The position numbers were made by a program, and so were the translations under genes. A stretch of 64,000 nucleotides of DNA from an uncultured Gaiellaceae bacterium (GTDB taxonomy: Bacteria > Actinomycetota > Thermoleophilia > Gaiellales > Gaiellaceae): assembly GCA_963776555.1 (NCBI GenBank), contig CAVZNK010000011.1, positions 9,920 to 73,919 on the forward strand. Reading direction: 5' to 3'. Below the pieces are notes generated by a model. The model was not told where the DNA came from and ran no database searches. It saw nothing but the letters and a program-made list of their open reading frames with translations. Within the stretch, counting starts at the first letter, position 1. Each line of letters starts with the position of its first letter. This document shows positions 44,519-53,200 of this stretch, piece by piece.

Positions 44519-45610
44519 TCAGATGTAGCCGACTCGCGTCGCGTGCGCGGCCGCAGCTGCGCGCGACGACTGCGTGAGCTTGCGCAGGATGTTCGCGACA
44601 TGCCGGTGGACGGTGTGCTCGCTGAGCACGAGCGACGACGCGATCTCGCGGTTCGAGAGGCCGGCGGCGACGAGGCGAAGCACCTCGGCCTCGCGGCGGC
44701 TCAGCGGCGAGTCGCCGTTCGACGCCGCCTCGGGGGCGTCGTCGAGGAACCCGGCGAGCGCGCGCTGGACCTCGCGCTGGTCGTCGAGCCAGGGGAGGTG
44801 CGCGTCTCCGGCGAGCGCGACGAAGCGCGCGTTGGGGAGCATCGACGCGAGCTCCCGACCGTGGCTGATCGGGACCGTGCGATCGCCGCGGCGGTGGAGG
44901 ACGAGGGCGGGCATCGTGAGAGCCTGGAGATCGGGTCGAGCGTCCGCAGTCAGCTCGAGCTCGAGGAACGCGGCGGCGGCCTCGGCGCTCGCCGAACGGC
45001 GGAGGTGGCGCGTCACCGCGGCTATCTCGTCCCCGCTGCCATGCGGAACGAGGAGCCCGGAGAACATCTGCGCGGCGAGGGCCCAGTTCAGGCGCGTGAA
45101 CTCCACCAGCGAGCCACGCGTGACGTCCGGCACGTCCCGCCGGGACACGTAGCCGCCGAAGAAGACGACCTTGCGTACGCGCTCTGGCGCAGCGCCCGCG
45201 AAGCGCGCAGTCGCGAGCCCCGCGCACGAGCACGAGAAGATCGTCGCCGGTTCTGCACCGCACGCGTCGAGAACGGCTCCGAGTGCGCGTGCCTCGTTCT
45301 CCGTCGTCGGAGGCGTGTCGAGGTCTCGATCGGAGAGTCCCGCGCCCAGACGGTCGTAGCGGACGACCCGGTGCGTACGCGCGAGCTCCGCGAAGAACGC
45401 CCTCGCCTGTGCGTCCTCCCACTCCTCCTCGAGATGCGAGAGCCAGCGTGCGGCGAAGACGAGCAACGGCCCCTCCCCGACGGTCGCGTACGCGATACGC
45501 CGGCCGTCGAGCTGGCAGAAGCGAATGCTCTGCTCCATGGCCCGGTGAATGCTATGGCCCGCTCGGGCCATGTCAAGAAGATGGCCCGTGGCGGGGAAGC
45601 GGCGGGCCAT
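44519..45610 (-). CDS. Alpha/beta-hydrolase-fold domain fused to a C-terminal LuxR-type HTH
   Basis: C-terminus LSRREAEVLRLVAAGLSNREIASSLVLSEHTVHRHVANILRKL. The N-terminal 270 aa have an alpha/beta-hydrolase layout with nucleophile-elbow region IFSCSCAG. An alternative start is the ATG at 45538. Confidence 0.8.
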   Translation of the reverse strand: MARRFPATGHLLDMARAGHSIHRAMEQSIRFCQLDGRRIAYATVGEGPLLVFAARWLSHLEEEWEDAQARAFFAELARTHRVVRYDRLGAGLSDRDLDTPPTTENEARALGAVLDACGAEPATIFSCSCAGLATARFAGAAPERVRKVVFFGGYVSRRDVPDVTRGSLVEFTRLNWALAAQMFSGLLVPHGSGDEIAAVTRHLRRSASAEAAAAFLELELTADARPDLQALTMPALVLHRRGDRTVPISHGRELASMLPNARFVALAGDAHLPWLDDQREVQRALAGFLDDAPEAASNGDSPLSRREAEVLRLVAAGLSNREIASSLVLSEHTVHRHVANILRKLTQSSRAAAAAHATRVGYI

Positions 45611-45633
45611 GCGCCGACGTTCACCATCTTCAT

Positions 45634-46113
45634 ATGCACGCGCGCTTCGTCGACGGCCTCACGATCCGGCCACTTCGGGACGGTGACACGAGCACGGTCG
45701 CCGCCGTCTTCGCGCGCCTCGGGGAGCGTTCGCGCGAGCGCCGCTTCTGCGGCGCGAAGCCGCGCCTGTCCGAGGTGGAGCTCACGAATCTCGCTCGCGT
45801 GGACGCGAATCACCACGTCCTCGTCGGCTACGTCGACCGCGATCCCGAGCCGGTCGCTATCGCGCGCCTCGTCCGCCGCGGCCCGACGGCCGAGATCGCC
45901 TTCGCAGTCGCGGACGCACATCAGGGAAAGCGCGTCGGCACGATCCTTGCGGGCGCGCTTGCCGCCGACGCCCGGGCGGCGGGCATCGTCGAGCTCGTCG
46001 CGACGGTGTGCGGCGACAACCCTCGCGTCCTCGCGCTGATCAAGCGGCTCGGTTCCGTGCAGATGACGTGGCGCGGTGCCGAGCGCGAGCTCGTCGTCGG
46101 CCTCGAGCGCTAG
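45634..46113 (+). CDS. GNAT family acetyltransferase
   Basis: IAFAVADAHQGKRVGTILAGALAADARAAG (acetyl-CoA Q/RxxGxG/A motif). Confidence 0.75.
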   Translation: MHARFVDGLTIRPLRDGDTSTVAAVFARLGERSRERRFCGAKPRLSEVELTNLARVDANHHVLVGYVDRDPEPVAIARLVRRGPTAEIAFAVADAHQGKRVGTILAGALAADARAAGIVELVATVCGDNPRVLALIKRLGSVQMTWRGAERELVVGLER

Positions 46114-46156
46114 CTCCGCCCAGGCTCGAACCTGGCTCGCACGATAGGCTGGAGCC

Positions 46157-46660
46157 GTGGACCTGAAGGTCGGCACGATCGTCGCGTATCCGCCGCACGG
46201 CGTCGGTCGCGTTGCCAAGAGGGAGAAGAAGGTGGTCCTCGGCGTCGAGGAGGAGATCGTCGTCATCGAGCTCGGGAACGAGCTCTCCGTGACGCTCCCG
46301 CTCGCGCGCGCGCAGGAGCAGCTGCGACCACCCGCCACCGAGGCGGATCTCAAGAAGGTGCAGAAGGCGCTCCGCGAGAGCTCCGTCGTGAGTGACGAGA
46401 TCTGGTCGAAGCGGGTGCAGCAGGCGCAGGAGAAGCTGCGCAGCGGCGATCCGCTCGAGCTCGCCGAGATCGTGCGCGACGGCGTCCGGCGAGAGCAGGG
46501 GAAGACGACCACCGGGACGCCGACGAAGCTCTCGACGAGCGAGCGGGCGCTCCACCTGAAGGCCCGCGAGCTCCTTTCCGGAGAGATCGTCGTCACCCGC
46601 GGCGTCGACCAGGCCGACGCCGACGCCTGGATCGACGAGCAGCTCGCCGCCGCGAAGTAG
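46157..46660 (+). CDS. carD: CarD/CdnL family RNA-polymerase-binding transcription regulator
   Basis: LKVGTIVAYPPHGVGRVAKRE...VIEL (TRCF-RID-like N-terminal domain) plus a helical C-terminal domain. Confidence 0.85.
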   Translation: MDLKVGTIVAYPPHGVGRVAKREKKVVLGVEEEIVVIELGNELSVTLPLARAQEQLRPPATEADLKKVQKALRESSVVSDEIWSKRVQQAQEKLRSGDPLELAEIVRDGVRREQGKTTTGTPTKLSTSERALHLKARELLSGEIVVTRGVDQADADAWIDEQLAAAK

Positions 46661-46692
46661 CGCCTAGACCCGGCTCTCGAGCCGCGGCGAAC

Positions 46693-47883
46693 TCAGATCT
46701 TGCGACGGCGCGTCGGCGCGCCCCACTTCGAGCGGCCGCGTCGAGAGGAGTAGACGCGCCGCGGCGGTGCGACCTTCATCCCGCCGGACGCGAACTGCTC
46801 GACGTGGCCCGTGAGACGAGCGACGCGGCTGACGTCGTCCTGCTGATCCGGCAGGACGAGCGTGATGCCGACGCCTCCGCGGCCCGCGCGCCCGGTGCGG
46901 CCGACGCGATGGAGATAGCCCGAGCCCTCGGCAGGCGGGTCGAAGTTGATGACGTGCGTCACGTCGGCCAGGTCGAGCCCACGTGCCGCGACATCCGTCG
47001 CGACGAGCGTCGACGTCTGCCCGGACTCGAAGCGCTTGAGCGCCCGCTCACGCTGTCCCTGGTTCAGGTCGCCGTGGAGTGCGACCGCGTCGATCTGATG
47101 AAACGCGAGCTTCTTCACGAGGCGGTCGGCACCACGCCGTGTCCTCACGAACACGAGGGCGAGGCCGCGCTCTGCGCGAAGGAGCTCCGCGAGGGTGGAC
47201 ACCTTCTCGTCGGGCTGGACGGGCACGAAGCGGTGCTCGACCTGCGCGTCGTCGGCGGTCTCGATCGGAGCGACGTCACAGCGCACGGGATCGCTCGTGT
47301 ACGCATGGGCGAGCTCGCCTACCGCCGAGTCGAGAGTCGCGGAGAAGAACATCGTCTGCCGGCGGCGTGGAACGTGGCGGACGATCCGGTCGACCTGCGG
47401 CTTGAAGCCCATGTCGAGCATCCGGTCGGCCTCGTCGAGAACGAGGACGGTGACGGCTTCGAGCGACACCGCCTTGCGCTCGAGCAGGTCGTTGAGACGT
47501 CCCGGCGTGGCGACGAGGACGTCCGCAGTGCGCGCTCGCTTGATCTGTGCCCCCAACGGGACGCCGCCATAGACCGTCGCGACCTCGACGCCCGCGGGCG
47601 CGAGCGACGTGATTTCGACGGCGACCTGGGACGCCAGCTCGCGGGTCGGGACGAGCACGACTGCCGACGGCTTGCGACCGCCGCTCCCGCTGCCCTCGAC
47701 GATGGGGATGGCAAAGGCGAGCGTCTTCCCAGACCCGGTCGGAGCCTTGGCGAGGACATCCCGCCCGGCGAGCGCGTCGCGAAGGACGCCTGCCTGGACG
47801 GGGAAGGGGGTGTGGATGTCACGCTCGGCGAGCAGCCGCACGATACGCGCGGGCACGCCGAGATCGGAAAAGGACTGCTGCAT
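46693..47883 (-). CDS. DEAD-box ATP-dependent RNA helicase
   Basis: Q motif FPVQ, AKAPTGSGKT, PTRELA, DEAD (VLDEADRM), SAT, HGDLNQGQR, ARGLD, HRVGRTGRAG; basic C-terminal tail. Confidence 0.95.
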   Translation of the reverse strand: MQQSFSDLGVPARIVRLLAERDIHTPFPVQAGVLRDALAGRDVLAKAPTGSGKTLAFAIPIVEGSGSGGRKPSAVVLVPTRELASQVAVEITSLAPAGVEVATVYGGVPLGAQIKRARTADVLVATPGRLNDLLERKAVSLEAVTVLVLDEADRMLDMGFKPQVDRIVRHVPRRRQTMFFSATLDSAVGELAHAYTSDPVRCDVAPIETADDAQVEHRFVPVQPDEKVSTLAELLRAERGLALVFVRTRRGADRLVKKLAFHQIDAVALHGDLNQGQRERALKRFESGQTSTLVATDVAARGLDLADVTHVINFDPPAEGSGYLHRVGRTGRAGRGGVGITLVLPDQQDDVSRVARLTGHVEQFASGGMKVAPPRRVYSSRRGRSKWGAPTRRRKI

Positions 47884-48099
47884 CTCGATTCACTCCTGTC
47901 TTTCGTTCGGTCGAGATCCGTCTGCCTCGACCCTTGGAGGAACCGAAGAAGTCAAACCTCACAGGACGACACGGCGCCGTCCGTTCCTGCAGCGTAGCAG
48001 CCGGTCTGCCCGCGTCCCTACACTGAGACGACACGGGACGAATACCGAAGGCCCGCGCCCGCGGCGCCCTCCCTATCCGTTCATGACAGGAGGAGAGGC

Positions 48100-48408
48100 A
48101 TGGCCGCACTTGGTAGCGAGCAAACCGCGCCCGCCGACGACGACGGACTGGCGCATCGCGTCACCCGCAGGCGATCGAATCGAGAGACGGCGGACCGCCC
48201 GTCGACGAAGACGGATGCCCAGGGCCTACTCGAGCTTGCGTGCGAGTGCATCCGGGACGACTGCGAGCGCTTCGTGAAAGTGCCGCCAGATGTCTATCGA
48301 CGGATCCTCGATGCCGACCAGTACCTCCTGCAGGCCGGCCACCACGCATTCGCGCGGTACCGCACGATCATCTCGGTCGGGCAGATGCGGATCGAGGAGC
48401 GCGCGTAA
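48100..48408 (+). CDS. Hypothetical protein
   Basis: Strong RBS (CAGGAGGAGAGGC then ATG). 102 aa with a disordered N-terminal half, then LELACECIRDDCERFVKVPPDVYRRI. Confidence 0.55.
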   Translation: MAALGSEQTAPADDDGLAHRVTRRRSNRETADRPSTKTDAQGLLELACECIRDDCERFVKVPPDVYRRILDADQYLLQAGHHAFARYRTIISVGQMRIEERA

Positions 48409-48414
48409 CGACCG

Positions 48415-48636
48415 TCAGATCGCCGGTTGCGAGGTCGCTCGAACCGCCGGTTGCGGGTCGTCGACCGCGAGATCGTCGACCTCCGGAGCTTCGTCCGGAG
48501 GGACCCACGTGCCGTTCGCCTTCGCAGTGCGCTCGGCGGCCGCGGCCCGCTTCTTCTCGACCTTTCGCTCGCGCTTCTCCCTGACGGCGCGCTCCCGGGT
48601 GATCTTGGCCATCGTCTGCTGTCGTTTCGTGGTCAT
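48415..48636 (-). CDS. Hypothetical small basic protein
   Basis: AGGAGG 5 nt upstream of the ATG. 73 aa: Lys/Arg/Glu-rich N-terminus (KITRERAVREKRERKVEKKR) and an acidic C-terminus. Confidence 0.55.
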   Translation of the reverse strand: MTTKRQQTMAKITRERAVREKRERKVEKKRAAAAERTAKANGTWVPPDEAPEVDDLAVDDPQPAVRATSQPAI

Positions 48637-48845
48637 AAGCCTCCTTCGTAGTCACGGATCGGATTCGAAGAATCCGCCGCTCACTCGAGCCCGACGCTCG
48701 GAAGCGCCACACGGGCGAGACCGAACGACGAACGCGTCCTCGTACGTTAGCCTGCGCGCCCGCCGACGGGAGGAACCGCGTCGCCAGGCGGGCGTTCGGC
48801 GCGGGCGTCCCGAGCGCGTCGCCCACGCGATCCCGGTCGTCGTTC

Positions 48846-49286
48846 CTAGCTGCGAACGGGTTCCCGCAGCGGCGCGTCGGACTGATCCGCGCCGGTGTGC
48901 TGGAACAGCTCGATGACATACCCGTCGGGGTCGCGCATGAAGATCTGGTCGTAGCCGTCGCCGCGAGGCATCGGTCCCCCGATCAGCTCGACGCCGTGCT
49001 CTTCGAGCCGGGCGAGGGCGCCGTCGAGGTCGTCGACCTCGAGCGCGATGTGCGTCGCGAGCCCGAACCTCGCGCTCGGCCCCGGATCGGGGGCGCCTGC
49101 CCTCCCGGTCGTCTCCGCCTCGACGAGGAGGTGGAGCTGATCCTCACCGACCTGGAACCACGCGCCGGCGAACACGAAGTTGTGCGGCCTCGCGACCTCC
49201 TCGAGGCCGAGCGCGCCGCCGTAGAAGCGCCGCGAGCGCTCGAGATCGGCGACGATCAACCCGCAGTGCTGGAGACGTCGGGGCAC
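48846..49286 (-). CDS. VOC (glyoxalase/extradiol-dioxygenase-fold) family protein
   Basis: LQHCGLIVADLERSRRFYGGALGLEE...HIALEVDDLDGA...IFMRDPDGYVIELF. The start is taken as the GTG at 49286. Confidence 0.75.
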   Translation of the reverse strand: MPRRLQHCGLIVADLERSRRFYGGALGLEEVARPHNFVFAGAWFQVGEDQLHLLVEAETTGRAGAPDPGPSARFGLATHIALEVDDLDGALARLEEHGVELIGGPMPRGDGYDQIFMRDPDGYVIELFQHTGADQSDAPLREPVRS

Positions 49287-49316
49287 GCCCCGAAACCCTA
49301 ACGGGAAGGAGACGCG

Positions 49317-49535
49317 ATGCCGCTCATCAGAGTGGAGCTCTTCGACTACCGGATGAGCGAGGAGACGAGCGCGGCGCTCATCGAGAAGCTCACGGACGCG
49401 CTCGGCGAGGCCACCCACCCCGGGCTGAAGGCGCACACGTGGGTCATCGTCGAGGGTCACAACCCGAAGAACTGGGGCCTCGCGGGGAAGCCGTGGCCGG
49501 TCGACCAGATGCCGCCCGCGCCGTCGCAGCCGTAG
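49317..49535 (+). CDS. 4-oxalocrotonate tautomerase family protein (Pro-1)
   Basis: MPLIRVELFDYRMSEETSAALIEKLTDAL...VIVEGHNPKNWGLAGK. Confidence 0.8.
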   Translation: MPLIRVELFDYRMSEETSAALIEKLTDALGEATHPGLKAHTWVIVEGHNPKNWGLAGKPWPVDQMPPAPSQP

Positions 49536-49566
49536 GATTGCCCCGGTCGGACGAAAGGAGCAGGCG

Positions 49567-49749
49567 TTGCCAGTCATCGAGGTGAAGCTCTACGACAAGC
49601 GGGTCACCGAGGAGTCGGTGCCCAAGATGATCGAGGCGCTCACGAACGCGCTGCACGAATCGAGCGGTGCGGCCGTCGAGCACATCCAGGTGATCATCGA
49701 GGGCGTTTCGCCCAAGCACTGGGGGATCGCCGGCAAGCAGCAGGGGTAG
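49567..49749 (+). CDS. 4-oxalocrotonate tautomerase family protein (Pro-1), second tandem copy
   Basis: TTG start, GGAG upstream. (M)PVIEVKLYDKRVTEESVPKMIEALTNAL...VIIEGVSPKHWGIAGK. Confidence 0.75.
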   Translation: MPVIEVKLYDKRVTEESVPKMIEALTNALHESSGAAVEHIQVIIEGVSPKHWGIAGKQQG

Positions 49750-49752
49750 GGC

Positions 49753-49775
49753 GAAGCCCGCCCTCGAGGGGCTTC
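49753..49775. terminator. Hairpin between convergent genes
   Basis: gaagccc-gccctcgag-gggcttc: 7-bp stem, 9-nt loop. Confidence 0.3.
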
Positions 49776-49802
49776 CGACCTCACGGAACTCGATCTTGAC
49801 CG

Positions 49803-52037
49803 TCAGGCGGGTGCCGCGGCCACGAGCCCGAGCTCGACCGGCTCGGCACCGGGCTCGATCGCCTGCGTCTCGCGCGCGTGCAGCAGCGTCGTGCGAACGA
49901 TGAGCTTCGCCCGGGCGAAGTTGTCGAGCTGCGTCGGCACGGGGCCCACCCGCTTGCCGAGCGCGTAGCCGGCCGCGTTCCGGCCCATCGCGCGGTACGA
50001 CTCGAGCGTGTACAGGGGAGACATCCCGAAGAGCTCGAGGTTGTCGAGCGGCTGGAGATCCGCACGGTGGATCACCGCGGTCCCCTTCGACTGGAGCCCG
50101 ATGGCGACCCCGGATCCGGACAACCGCGCGCCGTCGTGCGCGATGAACGCGACGTCGGCCACGCGGCGCACGCGCACGATCCGGGGCGTGCAGCCGCCGT
50201 CCCGAATGCCCTCGCCCACCGCGTCGAGCACGTCGCGGTGGTCGAGGTCGGCGATCGTCCGGCGGATCGAGTCGCCGAACGCAGGCCCGACCGCGACGAC
50301 GACCTCGGCGGCGTCCGTTCCCTTCTCGGCCGGCCCGCGCTCGGCAACGACGGCCTCGGCTTCGAGGTCCTCTCCGAGCAGGTCGCCGGGCTCGACCACC
50401 TGTGGAAGCCGCTGGAGGAGCGCCCAGCGCGCGCCGTCGAGGCGATATCCGGTGCCGGGGCCCGTGTACTCGTTCGGGTCGTTCACGGCGGAGTGCACGA
50501 GCCCGTCCGCGTCGATGATCGCGGCGGTCTGCAGGTAGTCGGCGGCCACGCGCTGGCGCTGCATCCCGAGCACGGCCTCCGCGACGTCCGTAAATCCGTG
50601 GCGATCGAGAGCCCGAGCGACGTCGAGCCCCGAGGCGCCGCGTGCGAGCAGCGCGTCGGCCGCCTCGACGTCGGCCGCGCGGTCGCGGTCGGGCATCTCC
50701 CGCGCGTCGTAGCCCGAGGTCGCCACCTCGACCTCCTCGTCGGAGATCTCGGGCAGCCCGAGCTCCTCGAACACGGCCTGGACTGCGCGGGCGGCACGCT
50801 CGCGTACGTCCAGAAGCTCCTCCTCGCCCACCGGCTCGATACCGCCGTCGACCTGCCAGTCGCGCTGGATCGTCAGCCACTCGTCGATGTCGTCGGCGTC
50901 GAAGTTCCCGCCTCCGAAGGTGTTGTCGTGGCGCGGCATGATGGAGTAGCCCGAGGTGACGAAGTCCGTCCCGGGCAGGAACTGGCCCATGAGCTTCGCG
51001 GTCTTGCGGATCTCCGAGTGCGAGGCGATCGCGTCGTTTCCGGACGCGACCTCGAGGTCGAGCCAGGCCGCGAGGACGTTCTCGCCGAGGATCGCCCGCG
51101 TCCCGCCCGGGACGGACAGGACGAGCGCGACGCACGAGATCGACCCGTTCTGGACGCCCTGCGAGCCCGCCGCGCGCACGACCGCAAGGCAGCGTGCCTC
51201 GAGGTAGAGCATCGACATCCCCTCTGCGTAGCCCATCAGCGCCTCCGAGCCCGTGCCCGACGTGAAGCGCACCTTCACTCCGCGGGAGGCGTAGGCGGCG
51301 CCGAGGAACGCCTTCGACCAGGGCGTGTCGTCACCGTCCACGAAGACCGGCTCCGTCCCGTACACGGAGAGCGTCTCCGCGTAGGTCACGAGGCCGCGGA
51401 TCGCGAGCTCGAGGTTGCGACGCTCCTCGACCGCGCACTGGGTCATCACTCCCGGGCGCCCGGTCTGCGAGCCGACCAGGAGCGCGATCGCGTTCAGCGG
51501 CGCGTAGCGGGCGACGCCGACGGTCGTCTCCATCTCCGCGAACCCGCGCCGCGCTGCCTCCGCCGCGTCGGCCGCGAGCAGCGCAGGGCTCTCCTTGAGG
51601 TTCGTGACGTGCGCCTGGTTCCCGGGAGCCCGACGCGCGCGGAGCTTCTTCAGCGCGAGCATGAGCTCGACGGGGTCGAGCAGGCCGATGACGCGGGCCA
51701 GCTTCGCCGGCGTCAGGCCGCGCGAGAGGCGGACGAGCTCCGCGCGCGGGACGTTGACGTCGACGAGCATGTGCGCGAGCTCGAGGTCGTCGAGCGCCAT
51801 CGCCTCGTCCGCGACGTCGAGGTCGAGGCCGTGCGCGACGACGAACCGGTCGATGACGTCGAAGTCGGCGGCGTCCCGGCCGTCCATGCGAACGACGACG
51901 CCGTCCGCGACGACAAGCTCCGGGTCGGGATCGTTGGGGCCGTTCGCCGCGACGAGGCCGAGCTCGGGATACGGCGACACGAGCTGCTCGACGTTGAGCT
52001 CGCGGGTCGCGCGTGACGCGAAGCGCTCGCTAGGCAT
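49803..52037 (-). CDS. Coenzyme-B12-dependent diol/glycerol dehydratase, fused large (PduC/DhaB1-like) and medium (PduD/DhaB2-like) subunits
   Basis: 744 aa, collinear with PduC: QAHVTNLKESPA, ETTVGVARYAPLNAIALLVGSQTGRPGV, YGTEPVFVDGDDTPWSKAFL, GSEALMGYAEGMSMLYLEARC, QFLPGTDFVTSGYS. After about residue 560 it is collinear with PduD: VVAVGPAFG, LSGSGVAIGLQSKGTAVIH, LDNLELF. Confidence 0.9.
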   Translation of the reverse strand: MPSERFASRATRELNVEQLVSPYPELGLVAANGPNDPDPELVVADGVVVRMDGRDAADFDVIDRFVVAHGLDLDVADEAMALDDLELAHMLVDVNVPRAELVRLSRGLTPAKLARVIGLLDPVELMLALKKLRARRAPGNQAHVTNLKESPALLAADAAEAARRGFAEMETTVGVARYAPLNAIALLVGSQTGRPGVMTQCAVEERRNLELAIRGLVTYAETLSVYGTEPVFVDGDDTPWSKAFLGAAYASRGVKVRFTSGTGSEALMGYAEGMSMLYLEARCLAVVRAAGSQGVQNGSISCVALVLSVPGGTRAILGENVLAAWLDLEVASGNDAIASHSEIRKTAKLMGQFLPGTDFVTSGYSIMPRHDNTFGGGNFDADDIDEWLTIQRDWQVDGGIEPVGEEELLDVRERAARAVQAVFEELGLPEISDEEVEVATSGYDAREMPDRDRAADVEAADALLARGASGLDVARALDRHGFTDVAEAVLGMQRQRVAADYLQTAAIIDADGLVHSAVNDPNEYTGPGTGYRLDGARWALLQRLPQVVEPGDLLGEDLEAEAVVAERGPAEKGTDAAEVVVAVGPAFGDSIRRTIADLDHRDVLDAVGEGIRDGGCTPRIVRVRRVADVAFIAHDGARLSGSGVAIGLQSKGTAVIHRADLQPLDNLELFGMSPLYTLESYRAMGRNAAGYALGKRVGPVPTQLDNFARAKLIVRTTLLHARETQAIEPGAEPVELGLVAAAPA

Positions 52038-52443
52038 CGGCCAGGAGCCCCCGCTCGCCGTACGCGGCTGCGGCCTCGCGCACGAACGCGGCCGTCTTCT
52101 CGGCTCCCAGGCCCGCGAGCCGCGCCGCCCAGCCCTCGAGCTCCTCCGCGGTCGCCCGGCGCGGACGCAACGCCGTGTAGATCTCGAGCAGGAGATCGTC
52201 GGGAACGACTGCGAGCTCGGCTGCCCGTTCGAGGTTGGCAGCGAGCTGGCTGCGACCGGCGGCGCGTGCGACCTCGGCCTGGAGCGCGAGCGTCGCAGGT
52301 GTCGCTCGGATCTCGTCCGCGACGAGCACGCCCGAGCGAACCGCGTCGAGCGTCACGTCGGCGAGCGGTACGCCGCCCGGCGTCGTGACGAGGTCCGGAC
52401 GCCGCGCGCCGAGCGGGTAGTCGTTCCTTGCGTCGAAGGCCAC
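52030..52443 (-). CDS. Diol/glycerol dehydratase small subunit (PduE/DhaB3-like)
   Basis: DYPLGARRPDLV...TPATLALQAEVARAAGRSQLAANLERAAELAVVPDDLLLEIYTALRP.R.T..EL. GTG start, 8-nt overlap with the fused large-medium gene. Confidence 0.85.
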   Translation of the reverse strand: MAFDARNDYPLGARRPDLVTTPGGVPLADVTLDAVRSGVLVADEIRATPATLALQAEVARAAGRSQLAANLERAAELAVVPDDLLLEIYTALRPRRATAEELEGWAARLAGLGAEKTAAFVREAAAAYGERGLLADA

Positions 52444-52474
52444 TCCGCCGAGACTTTAGGCTTGAGGTCGAGCC

Positions 52475-53200
52475 ATGGGCAACGCAGAGCGGTTCTCGGG
52501 GAGAGTGGCACTCATCACGGGCGGGTCGAGCGGGATCGGCGCAGCGACCGCGCGCCGCCTGCTCGCCGAGGGCGCCCAGGTCGCCTCGCTCGATCTTCAC
52601 CCGGACGCGCCTGCGGGCGCGCTCGCCCTGGAAGGGGACGTGTCGCACTCCGGCGACGTCGAGGCCGCGGTCGAGCGCACGCAGCGCGAGCTCGGCGCCG
52701 TCGACGTGCTCGTGTGCTCGGCGGGAGTCCCGGGCGCGTCGCTGGCGACGGTCGACGTGACGGACGACGAGTGGCGGCGCGTCATGGGGATCAATGCGGA
52801 CGGGGTCTTCTTCTCCAACCGCGCGGTCATCCCGAGCATGGTCGAGCGTGGCTACGGCCGGATCGTCAACGTCGCCTCGATCGCCGGCAAGGAGGGCAAC
52901 CCCATGGCCGGTGCCTACTCGGCGTCGAAGGCCGCCGTGATCGCGATGACGAAGGCGATCGGCAAGGACCTCGCGCGAACCGGCGTCATCGTCAACTGCG
53001 TCGCGCCGGCCGTGATCGAGACGCCGATCCTCGACGGCATCACCGAGGAGCACATCGGCTACATGGTCGATCGCATCCCGATGGGCCGGATGGGCGAGCC
53101 GGAGGAGGTCGCGGCGCTCATCTGCTGGCTGGCGAGCGAGGAGTGCTCCTTCTCGACGGGGGCGACCTTCGACATCTCCGGCGGCCGCGCCGTCTACTGA
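52475..53200 (+). CDS. Short-chain dehydrogenase/reductase
   Basis: GRVALITGGSSGIGAATA, SAG, YSASKAAVIAMTKAIG. Confidence 0.9.
   Translation: MGNAERFSGRVALITGGSSGIGAATARRLLAEGAQVASLDLHPDAPAGALALEGDVSHSGDVEAAVERTQRELGAVDVLVCSAGVPGASLATVDVTDDEWRRVMGINADGVFFSNRAVIPSMVERGYGRIVNVASIAGKEGNPMAGAYSASKAAVIAMTKAIGKDLARTGVIVNCVAPAVIETPILDGITEEHIGYMVDRIPMGRMGEPEEVAALICWLASEECSFSTGATFDISGGRAVY

Noticed and set aside
46108-46150. tRNA-like T-arm on the minus strand (CCAGG-TTCGAGC-CCTGG followed by GCGGAGC), considered as a tRNA gene or an integration-site remnant
   Set aside because: No matching 5' acceptor strand, D-arm or anticodon arm could be built from the flanking sequence, and no integrase or direct repeat is nearby. 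It is probably a small hairpin in the carD upstream region.
52444-52474. Cobalamin riboswitch expected upstream of the B12-dependent dehydratase
   Set aside because: Only 31 bp separate the divergent start codons, which leaves no room for an approximately 200-nt riboswitch. No B12-box-like sequence was seen.
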